A stretch of DNA of 32,000 bases from Paramicrosporidium saccamoebae KSL3 (lineage: Eukaryota > Fungi > Cryptomycota), in assembly GCA_002794465.1 (NCBI GenBank), contig MTSL01000095.1:22172-54171 (forward strand). Direction: 5' to 3'. The notes under the pieces were generated by a model. It was not told where the DNA came from, made no database searches, and worked only from the letters and a program-made list of their open reading frames with translations. Both the position numbers and the translations under genes were made by a program. This document shows, piece by piece, positions 21,149 to 31,145 of the stretch. The stretch's first letter is position 1. Every line of letters begins with the position of its first letter.

Positions 21149-22754
21149 ATGCGATGTGTCTATGCTCGGCCAAGGACAATGTTGGCAGTTTTGCTGGTGA
21201 CCATAGTCGCGGCATTTGCACTATTAAATTGCTATGGTCAGAGTGAACTCCCTGAAATGGTCAAGGGACGCATGAATAAGAGCCCCCCAGAGGCCCAATC
21301 CAAACCACTTGATGACGCTGCAGAATACGGAGGCGAAAAGTACGAACCCGGCATGGAGTTGGCCCGCCAGATGATGCGCCATTCATGGGCCGGCTACCGG
21401 AAATACGCCTGGGGACATGATGCGCTCCGTCCGCTCTCTCGAACCGGTCACAACACCACTGGATTGCTGACCGACATGATTTCCTCATTGGACACTCTGA
21501 TGATGCTGCGCATGGACGCAGAATATCTGGAGGCCAAGGCGTGTGTGTTGGACCAGCTGAATTTTGACAAGACAAGCACAGTGTCAATGGCAGAGATGGG
21601 GACAACCATCATGGGAGGATTATTGGGGGCCTTTGCAATGACCAATGACGGGAGATATGTAACCAAAGTCTTTGATCTCGCCACCCGACTCGCCCGCAAC
21701 TTTGACGACTTGGAAGTGTTCCCTGATGATTCCATCGATCTCAATGGGTATCTCGACCGCACCAATCTGAGAGTGTAGGAATTGGGACCACAAACCAAAT
21801 ATAAACCTCAATCGGACAGTCAATCTGGAGCAGGTCGGGTCTTTTAGTTTAGAATATTCTTATCTCACTGATCTGCTCAACGAACCCATTTACAAGCGAC
21901 GTGCCATGGAGATTGTACAACGTCTCGCCAGGATGAAAACGAGTTTTGAGGGATTGTGTCCCGAAGTCATCTATCCCGAGCGACATGTCCAGCCCAACGA
22001 TCGTACTTTTATATCCCCGTACTAATCGTTAGATTTCTCGATTGGGAGTAAATCGGCAGTGTATTACGACTACTTGCTCAAATCGTGGCTCTATAGCGGG
22101 AAACGTGAAAGTATGCCCCGCAGAGTTTATAAGAACACTGTCAAGAAGATTCAGAAGCGTTTGATCAAGGAAGTCAATGGACGGCATTTCATCATTAGTC
22201 GCAAAGGCGGCGAGATTGTCAATCAACAGGATCATTCGGCCTGCATGCTGCCTGGTTTGTTGGCCCTCGGTGCCCACGATGAACATGATCTGCCTACGAT
22301 GGAGTTGGCAGGAAAACTCATGGAGTCCTGTTACCGAATGTACAGCGACCAAAAGTCTGGTCTCGCTCCCGCTATCATTGCTACCACGGGAGAGCCAATC
22401 GATAAGAATTGGCGTCAAGGTCCCGAAGTGATGCAGAGCCTTTTTATTCTATGGCGTGTGACCAAGGATCCAAAGTATCGGCGTTGGGGTGTCGAGATTG
22501 CTCAAGCTATTAATCGACGAACCAAGGTGGGGACTGGCGGATATGCTGGAGTTGTGGATGTAACAGTCTTCCCTCCAAAACTGGCCGACCGACAGGATGG
22601 AATGGCTACAATAATCAGATTCTTTTATCTGCTCTGCACAACACCCGAGTATTTGCCGCTGGACGAGTGGGTGTTTAGCAAGGAGGGACATCCCTTTCCT
22701 ATCAATTGGAAGGGTACCGCTTATTCAAAAGGAATTACAAGTCAGCCTGAATAA
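21149..22754 (+). CDS. GH47 alpha-1,2-mannosidase-like paralog 1, catalytically degenerate (514 aa, 3 exons)
   Basis: Exons 21149-21747, 21779-22002, 22033-22754; introns of 31 and 30 nt. Type II anchor; MRHSWAGYRKYAWGHD and SLDTL motifs. Key motifs altered: SAVYYDY, QGPEVMQS, FSKEGHP. Confidence 0.9.
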
Positions 22755-23440
22755 ACAGTTTTGCTTTAATTAAAAAGTGCTTTTGAAGAGTCTTTGCCAA
22801 TATTTAGCTTCGATGGTCTCGAAAGAACAAGACACCAGTCGATTCTACCAAAAAGACATGGGATTGTTCGCACAGGGAATCATTTACAACACAAGATAGA
22901 GGTCATAACAATTTCCATTAATCCATATAATTAAATCGGCCATCTGGTCAGTCAACATTATTCATCATGCCATAGTCGCAATCAGCAGAGTTTAATCATT
23001 CTTCTCGGCTAGGAGTTGCCGCTCGGTTTGCATCTCTCTTCCTCACTCGAGCTTATTTTCAGTGCTCTTTTGGCGCTTGACGGTCGTGCAGTAGTGATAC
23101 TTTATGGCGTGGAAGGCAGCTAGTAATATCTCGGATACGTAACTGTGAGCTGAAATGTGCTATAGTTAACCAGCCATCCTATGAACAACGAGCTTAATCT
23201 TCTGGCCAGGATTGTAAATATCGCCTCGACTTTATGTACTGGACGAAACACTCATAAAAGAGCTATTTACAATGTGCCCGAATGAACTCTCGGCAAGTAT
23301 GAGGATTTTCCAATATTCACCCATAGCGGCCGTTTTATCAACTACTATGCTCTATACCGGTACGATGGCTGGGCTGCTAGCCAATTAATACTACCTAACA
23401 TCATAAAAGTACAATTTAGTTTGACAATTCGTTATCGATT

Positions 23441-25027
23441 ATGGGACTGTTACTTGCCATATTGTGCTATTCCTTTTTACTCAAATACGCATCTGGTACC
23501 TCTCTGAAGGCTTGCACTGTGGATGATTTATATTGGGGCTTGTTTGGGGCGAGCACGTTGGGCGAATTCCAAACAGCTGTAGAAGCTGCAATTGAGCTTA
23601 ATTGTCACGATTTCCTTGAGAGCATTCCTTCCATGACGACACCTGAGAAGCGTATATGGTACTTTGCGAAATATTACGGCACCACTTGGGAGATTAGTCC
23701 TACATTGTTCTGTAGTACAGAAGCGTTTCATAATGTCCATTCCATCTTACTTGCTGATAACCCGGAGGTTCTTGAATGCTTTCCTGAATGGGTATCCAAG
23801 GAGGTGACAAAGCCAATCAATCTAGCTACGTATGATGCAGTTAATATTGCGAGAACACTGCCCGCCCGGTCCGTGTTTACCGGAATAGACCTGGGACATT
23901 TTCACGCCACGCGGATCATAAGCTTGCAAGAGCAGCGTGAGGCTCGCCATTTTGATCTGGCTCTTGCAATTCAAACTAGGAACCTCGATCTCATTCAACA
24001 CTATATTGATATTGGTATATGGAGACCGACAATGGATGAGGCATACACTGCATTTAAAAGTTTTGGGAAGGAGGAGTATTTGCTGTTTCTCCTAAAGAAC
24101 CTGCCAATGCCACCCGGATACATTATTATTGAACTGATTAATGATCGCCGCTCGGACGCCCTCCAATGCATACTTTCATCCAACCCTGATTGGAAGGCGA
24201 GAACAAGAGATGTCAGTTATGCTGTTACTCAAGGGCTTTTAAGCCTCTTGGAATGGTATGCCTCTGTCAGTAACGATATGCCTCTACCGAGTTTAAAGTC
24301 GTTAGAAGAGGCTTGCAGATGTACTAGGTTTAATGTTGTTGAGTGGTTCTTGAAGAGGTATTACCAAGACTGTTTATCCTCATTCAACCCTGGGTGGAAG
24401 CTGGGTCAAGAACAAGTTGACACTGCTGTGGCAGGAGGTTTTGTTCACATTCTGAATTGGTATGCTTCTCTTGGTCGCTTCATGCCTGCTCCCAGTGAAA
24501 AGGCACTAAACCTGGCTTGCAAACATGGGCATCTTAATGTTCTCCAATGGTATGCCTCTGCCAATCCAGTTTGGAAATTGAGCCGCGATAACATAAACAC
24601 AGCCTGTAAAGATGGACATGTGCATATTTTAGAATGGGACATTTCTATTAACAATTCGAGGACTGCGCCACACGAGTCTGTAATGAGGACGGCTTGTGCT
24701 CGTGGAAATTTAAGGGTTTTTGAGTGGTTTCTAGTGAAGTATTACCAAGATCGTCTATCCTTGTTCAAACCTTTTATGTGGAGACTAGAGCCAAATGAAG
24801 TGGATAATGCCGTAATCCAAGGATGCATAACCGTTCTAAAGTGGAACGCTGCTATTGATCCCACAGGGGCCCGACCAAGCGCAAACGCTTTGACATTATC
24901 CCTTCAATCCGGACATGTCAACGTCATCGAGTGGGTTTTTGAGAACTATTCCCCTGCAACTGATACCGCCTTTCGCGCTTCCATCTTTTTACTGGCCCTT
25001 GAACAGTCAAGACAAAGGGGCATGTGA
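23441..25027 (+). CDS. Secreted ankyrin-like repeat protein
   Basis: Signal peptide MGLLLAILCYSFLLKYASG. Repeats of the type ACKHGHLNVLQWY, ACKDGHVHILEW, ACARGNLRVFEW and LQSGHVNVIEW; an internal 127-aa unit is duplicated. Confidence 0.82.
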   Translation: MGLLLAILCYSFLLKYASGTSLKACTVDDLYWGLFGASTLGEFQTAVEAAIELNCHDFLESIPSMTTPEKRIWYFAKYYGTTWEISPTLFCSTEAFHNVHSILLADNPEVLECFPEWVSKEVTKPINLATYDAVNIARTLPARSVFTGIDLGHFHATRIISLQEQREARHFDLALAIQTRNLDLIQHYIDIGIWRPTMDEAYTAFKSFGKEEYLLFLLKNLPMPPGYIIIELINDRRSDALQCILSSNPDWKARTRDVSYAVTQGLLSLLEWYASVSNDMPLPSLKSLEEACRCTRFNVVEWFLKRYYQDCLSSFNPGWKLGQEQVDTAVAGGFVHILNWYASLGRFMPAPSEKALNLACKHGHLNVLQWYASANPVWKLSRDNINTACKDGHVHILEWDISINNSRTAPHESVMRTACARGNLRVFEWFLVKYYQDRLSLFKPFMWRLEPNEVDNAVIQGCITVLKWNAAIDPTGARPSANALTLSLQSGHVNVIEWVFENYSPATDTAFRASIFLLALEQSRQRGM

Positions 25028-25573
25028 ATCACGCGAGTTGGGATTTTATTTACAGAGTCAAGTTTTATCGGAGGAGCACCAGCCTCACATCGATTTTGAG
25101 ACTATTAGATAAATACTAGCTGGGATGTCCTATGGGCAATAGTCATCAAGTCCCGGAGTCTATATTTTATCCTGAAGAACGCAGTGGAGACACTTCTTGG
25201 TAGCCTAATCATTCGCTCCACTCTCCAATGTATAGTGAGTACGAGAGATGCAGACTTATGGACAACTGCCAAGGATGTTGTGAGTATTAATATTCTCAAA
25301 GGACTTGCTCTCCTCCCCAATAGGCGAATCGGCGGCCATCGGGTACTTGTTCCTCTAACAATCGGTATTTCGTGGCCTTCCAACACTTTGGACTCTTTTA
25401 ATGACGAACTAACGGTAAATATGATCATTGCCACTGCCCACAAGACCGAACCTTGCGCAATAGTCTCACCATAAATATATTGATTGGAGACCACCTTCCT
25501 AAATGGGCGATAACAACATAAATACAGACGCCATAACAAACTGCAAATTTCAAAGACGCACTGACGACACGAC

Positions 25574-27855
25574 ATGGTGGTCAGCGCATTTTGCTTCAGC
25601 GCGGCTCGCTTCCGACGGCTGGTAATTCTGCTGGCCGTCATGCTGAGTGTCAGCTACATCTATGTGAGCATCTTTGGACGGGTGGAGATTGACGAACGGA
25701 CGATTATCCGAATCAAGGATGGGATGCGAGAGGGGTTTATTCGGGGAGCTTCCTCAGTAGGGTTGGCACCGGTGGGAGGTCGCTATGGCACCGCCGACCA
25801 TGACGACAACCCCGCCATCCGGAAAAAGCCGCCGGTAAGGGAGTCGAGGACAGAACCAGAGAAGCCCAAAGAGCTTGAAATTCCCGACGAGGATTTCACC
25901 GGAGACAAATTCGAGCCCGGAATGGAGTTGACTAAGAATATGATGCGTCATGCCTGGGATGGTTATCGCAAATACGCCTGGGGCGAGGATGAGGTGGCGC
26001 CCATTAGAAAGGGTCCCATCGGCTTTCTCGGTCCGCAATCCCTACTCGTCAGCATTATCGACTCGCTCGATACGCTAATGATTATGCGGATGGACGCTGA
26101 ATACGTCGAGGCCCGCGACTATCTCTTCTCACAATTGACCTTTGACAAACCAATGAATGTGTCGCTCTTCGAGTGCAACATTCGTATCTTAGGAGGTCTA
26201 CTAAGTGCCTTTGCGTTGACAGGAGATGGGAGGTATGTTACCAAGGCGTTTGACTTGGGCCAGCGCTTCATGTTTAATTTCAATGATCTTGAAGTCTTTC
26301 CAGACAACCAACTGAATCTAATGGCCCATACTAACAAATATGGATCTATAGATGTATCACCGGAAAAAGTGTTGTTCCTAGCACAGGTCGGCACCTTTAG
26401 TTTAGAGTTTGCATATCTTTCGGATGTGCTCAACGATCCAGTTTACAAGAAACGCGCCCTGGATATTGTGGAGAAAATTTCGCAGATGAAGACGACCCTC
26501 GAGGGCTTATATCCGGCATCTTTGCATCCTAATGTAGTGGAGCAGCGGGATGACTGTAATTGCATTTTCGGAGCATTGATTTTGTAGATTACTCGGTGGG
26601 TGGTCAATGTGACTCCTTCTACGAATACTTGCTAAAGTACTATCTTTATTCGGGAAAACGGGACAAGCTTCATTACAGAATGTACAAAAAGGCCGTTGCT
26701 GGAATCCGAAAGCACCTGATCCAGCGTCGGAATGGCCGTTTCTTCCTTGTTAATCGAAAGGGCGATCAAGTGATGGAGGAGCAGGAGCATCTGGCCTGCT
26801 TCATGCCTGGATTGCTGGCTTTGGGTGCGCACGAAGATAATGATGCGGAGCTTCTGGAGTTGGCTGGTCAGCTAACAGAGTCGTGCTACATGATGTATCG
26901 CAAACAGCGGGTTGGACTCTCGCCCGAGTTTATCAACATTAATACGATGCGTCCTACCCTGCACCGCACCTATTGGAGCATGCGGCCCGAAACTATTGAG
27001 AGTATCTTTGTTCTTTGGCGCATCACAAAAGACCCCAAATACCGTCGCTGGGGCTACGAAATTGCCCTGGCCATTGAAAAGTACGCCAAGGTGGATGGTG
27101 GCTATGCAGGAATCGAGAATATCCTCTCAAGCCCATTCCAACGCATTGACCGACAGGAAAGTTATTTCCTGGCTGAGACCCTAAAGTATCTCTATCTGCT
27201 CTTTGGGCCCAATGATGTGCTGCCGCTTGATCAATGGGTTTTCAATACAGAGGCGCACCCGTTCCCAATCAACTGGCGAGGAAAGGCATATTCGCAGGGA
27301 AGCAAGCCGGAGCAAAAGTCGCCCGTGTCTGGCACTTTGGTGATGGAGAGTCAGCCCGAAGAACCTAAGCCCAAAAGACGAACAGCAGGAGAGAAAAAAG
27401 TGCCAGCTAAGGAGGATGTTATAGACCAGGTTAATGCAGTTGACTTGGAAGAAGAGGAAAAGACACCAAGACGCCCGCCAGGAATGGGGAAGAAGGTAGC
27501 AGAAGAAGATGGAGATAATGTTAAAGCATCAAGGAACAATAATTCGCATAAAGATGAGGCGATCAGAGTCGCTGATGAAGATGCTGAAGTGCCAAATATT
27601 GAGGTGAAGGGACCTACTACCAAGGAAAATATTGCAAAAATGTCGTTTAAACAGAGCGTCGAAGAGGCTGACGTACCGATTCGCAAGCCAAGGAAGATTG
27701 TCAAAGACGAAACTAATGAGCCGACGAGCAGATCGGCAGTAAAGAAAGCAAGAAAACAGGTCGAGGAAATCGATACCAAAGACGGTCGACTCTCGCTTGC
27801 GGAGCAGTTGGACCCTCCGATGCGTCCACAGATAATTGAAGATAAATATGAATAA
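25574..27855 (+). CDS. MNS1: GH47 alpha-1,2-mannosidase (Mns1/ERManI-like), intact active site, with charged C-terminal tail (749 aa, 2 exons)
   Basis: Exons 25574-26555 and 26588-27855; 32-nt intron. Motifs LFECNIRILGGLL, GQCDSFYEYLLK, EHLACF, MRPETIES, QESYFLAETLKY and FNTEAHP are all intact; N-terminal TM anchor. Confidence 0.93.
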
Positions 27856-27881
27856 ACCGTTGACCAATCACACTGAGCTGT

Positions 27882-29490
27882 ATGTTTGTACTAAGCAGAC
27901 GGACCCTTCGGCGGCTCTCACTACTGCTCATCGGATTTCTTGTCGCGGGATTGCTACATCTGTGGAGAGGTGGTTGGCAAGAAGGACGGATCAAATGGGA
28001 TGAGATTAAGACAACTAAGCTTTTGCGAGCGATAAGCCCGCTGTCTGGGGATGAATATGAAGAGGGGATGCAGTTAGTGATCAGCGTACAGGATGTGTGC
28101 GATAGTAACTGTAGATGACACAACACGCATGGAACGGGTATAGAAAAGTGATCGGAGATGACGAGCTAATCCCTCTGGAGGGGGTTGGAAGATCCGTCTT
28201 TGGCTCGACGTCGGTAGGACTGCAGGCGATCGCTGCCATGGACACGTTACTAATAATGGGACTAACTGAAGAATACCAAGAGGCGCGTTCGGTCGTCTTA
28301 CAGCAACTTGATTTCCAAGAGGTGCCAATTGCAAGGAATTAATGGTGTAGATGCAAATTGCTCTGCCCACCTTCCGGACTACAAGCGAGATTATTGGAGG
28401 ATTACTGGGTGCCTATTCTTTGACGGGCGATGGAGAGCTGCTTCAAAAGGCGGCGCATTTAGGTCACTTGGTACTTGATGGTTTTGTAGAAAGCCTCCCC
28501 ATGCCACTCGTTCTGATTAATGTCACTGGTCGGGCCTCTCGTTCCACACGGGTGCCCCTCGTGGATATTGGCGGATTGTCGCTTGATCTTTGCTACTTGG
28601 GCGATTTGTTGGGAGAGAAGCGTTTTCGGGACCAAATGAGTGCACTGAGTGAATACATTAGATCCGCCGTATTTGGGAATCCGGGAGTGTTTGCAGAAGA
28701 GATTGAGCTACAATTAGAGACATACCAACCCAATGGCGTCTGCTCGCTAGGATACCGAGCTGGACCGGTCTACGAGTACATGATAAAGGACTCGCTCTAT
28801 GTTGCCGGCAGAGATGTCCGTGCCCGTGACACGGCCTATACCCTCACTCAAGTATCTTTGACACGCAACTAAAATGTATAGAACATGCAAAAGGTATTCT
28901 TTGATCATTATGCAAAACAGCATCGCATCGTTCGAGTGGTCAGTTGGGCAATCAGAGAGGAACCCGACCAAAGTGTCTGTTTCGCTCTCGGAACTGTGGC
29001 CTTGGGGGGTGCACCCTCTGACCCCCTTGAGCGCGCCCTCTTTTACCGGAATCTGCGTCTCATTGCCAACACTTGTTTGTCTGCCTTCCTCTCGATGGAG
29101 GAGGGCGATCCCAAAATGCTGAGACCACGGCTTGCAGAGTCGTTGTTCGTACTGTGGCGGCAGACGGGCGACACGGCTTACCGTCAAATGGGACTGCAAA
29201 TGTGCGAGCGGATTGAGTCTTGGAAGGTGTCTGGAGGCTTTACCTTTCCGGGAACCACTGTTCAGCCCGTCTTTCTCCTAGCTGAGACCTTTAAATACCT
29301 ATATCTGCTGTTTGCCCCACGATCCGTGTTGGCACTAGATGATTTTGTCTTCAACACGGCGGGCCATCCATATCCAATCAACAAGGCAGTGCCAGCCGAT
29401 GTGCAAGAGTCGACGGTGGTTCATTTGGGCGGCTATACGCCGAGAAGAAAGGTAAGGATCCTGCAGGCACAAGAACTCTTCCCTGTATAA
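27882..29490 (+). CDS. GH47 alpha-1,2-mannosidase-like paralog 3, catalytically degenerate (506 aa, 4 exons)
   Basis: Exons 27882-28085, 28115-28321, 28351-28851, 28882-29490; introns of 29, 29 and 30 nt. HAWNGY and LAETFKYLYLLF motifs retained; altered motifs FRTTSE, RAGPVYEY, RPRLAES, FNTAGHP. Confidence 0.88.
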
Positions 29491-29534
29491 ACGTCTACTG
29501 CATATATATAAATGGCTCTTTACTACAACTACGC

Positions 29535-30393
29535 CTATGGGAGGGGCAAGAGGACTGGAATCTTGCGTCCAAGGACAGTTTCGAATTTCCGCATCAAACC
29601 GAGGTATTTCTCTACTCCCGTGTGCACCTTTTTGTACTTTGTCAGAATGGTTGCCAAGTTCTCCTTCATTTCGGCTTCAATTGGATTGCATCTTTCTATA
29701 GCGGTCAGTGGCGGATAGTCACAATGGTACCAAAAAGGTTCAACAGCACCTCAGTAACCCGCCCATATAAATACAAAAAGTTGTCGAAAATAGTCTGCGC
29801 TGCTTGTAATACAGCTGGTATATCAAGATCATCCACAAAAAATTGAAACTCTGTCAATAATGCCAGTAACTCAAATAGTCCCTCCAGTGTGCCGTCTCTC
29901 AACATGCCCAGAACATCTCCATGTCGATAGTCGGGTGAATCCGCTGTTGTGATGGCTACATCACGTCCATTTATCACAGCAAGAGACACGCGATGGACGA
30001 GGTAGCGGGCGTAATTGGCAATGTTGCGCTGGATGCCCGAATGATTGGCATATCGTGTGCTAATGGAGCGGAGAATGTTCATCTCCGTATTAATGTTATG
30101 CACAGCCACTCGACTGTCACCATCGTCCAGCAGGATGTTTAGCAGCCAGAGGCATTTCCAGACCGTCTACAAATTGTAAGCACCACAAAATGGCTTCACA
30201 ATCCAAGAATCATTCCCGAATCTTGTTTTGAGAAAACAGAGCATTTCACTCGTCGTCCCATTAAACGTCGTGTCGACAATTACTATGGTCAGCGAAATAA
30301 ATTCTACAAACCGACACGGTAAGAAAGCTTCACTATTCTAGGACGGTGCGAGGTCGCCCTAATGACAGTCTCCTGCAAGGGCGACAATGCCAT
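29535..30393 (-). CDS. ANTH-domain protein (AP180/YAP180/CALM-like), domain only, 253 aa, 4 exons
   Basis: Exons 30393-30312, 30282-30200, 30166-29731, 29695-29535; introns of 29, 33 and 35 nt. Spliced protein MALSPLQETVIRATS...KLSY...DSWITVWKCLWLLNILLDDG...IANYARYLVHRV...IPVLLPLP follows the ANTH pattern (KAT, W.VVFKAL...LLREG, Y..YL..R). The exon 1 donor is the least certain junction. Confidence 0.75.
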
Positions 30394-31123
30394 GAACAGG
30401 TCGAATGACTCTTTAAGACGCTGCATTGTCCTGATTATGGGTATCCCGGGAACGGGCAAAACGACCCTCGCCCGTCAATTAGAGCGTCATTTGGGCGCAC
30501 TAAGAATTACTTTTGACGAAATTCAGCATGAAGGCAGTCTGCGCGACAAACACGACCGGATTTATGATATGGTGAAGAGCTCTGACGACACGGTCATTTT
30601 GGACGACACTTTTCACCTGCGGAGCATGCGCACGAGATATTGGCAGCTCTGCAAGAGCGAGGGAAGAGGAGTGGTTTTTGTGCTGCGCAAATGTCCTGTG
30701 GAAGAGGCCATAGACAGAGATACTGCTAGAAACGGTAGCGACAGGATTGGCCGGGAGATCATTGAAAGGATGAATGCGCAATTTGAACCTTTACGCAAAA
30801 TGCAGTCCAAATATCTCATTATCCTGGAGCAGCAGATTGACCTTGGTGAAATACACAGGATACTAAAGCTATCAAAGAGGGACTTTGAATATCACCTCAA
30901 AGTTGAGATCCACCAGCAGGAGAGCGGTATTCATCTCGCGAACATCCAGCTTAATCGCCAAGTCAGCCAACTAATTTCCAATTTGCCCCGCGACGAACAC
31001 TTTTTTTTGAGGAGGGGGGAAATTCTTGAATGGAAGTCAAATATGCTCCAGCAAATACGACTGCTGCTCGCTGATGGGACTGATGCTGATATATCACAGA
31101 TCAACACAAGAGAAATCCTATAG
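30392..31123 (+). CDS. PSTK: L-seryl-tRNA(Sec) kinase (O-phosphoseryl-tRNA(Sec) kinase)
   Basis: P-loop MGIPGTGKT. ILDDTFHLRSMRTRYWQL resembles PSTK (ILDDNFYYQSMRYEVYQL) rather than KTI12; CPVEEAIDRDTAR lid; C-terminal IHLANIQLNRQVSQ resembles the PSTK H..D..LRRIVSQ helix. Alternative ATG at 30362. Confidence 0.75.
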   Translation: MNRSNDSLRRCIVLIMGIPGTGKTTLARQLERHLGALRITFDEIQHEGSLRDKHDRIYDMVKSSDDTVILDDTFHLRSMRTRYWQLCKSEGRGVVFVLRKCPVEEAIDRDTARNGSDRIGREIIERMNAQFEPLRKMQSKYLIILEQQIDLGEIHRILKLSKRDFEYHLKVEIHQQESGIHLANIQLNRQVSQLISNLPRDEHFFLRRGEILEWKSNMLQQIRLLLADGTDADISQINTREIL

Positions 31124-31145
31124 TTCACTTTAATGATTTTACAGA

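Noticed and set aside
21748-22032. In-frame stops splitting GH47 paralogs 1 and 3 (also 28086-28881) as pseudogene lesions
   Set aside because: Each break is bridged by a 29-31 nt GT-AG intron that restores alignment with the intact paralog.
25105-25641. 178-aa minus ORF whose internal ATG (25575) interlocks with the GH47 ATG in a second CATG
   Set aside because: No recognisable domain and no convincing splice model; without homology it is probably a shadow ORF.
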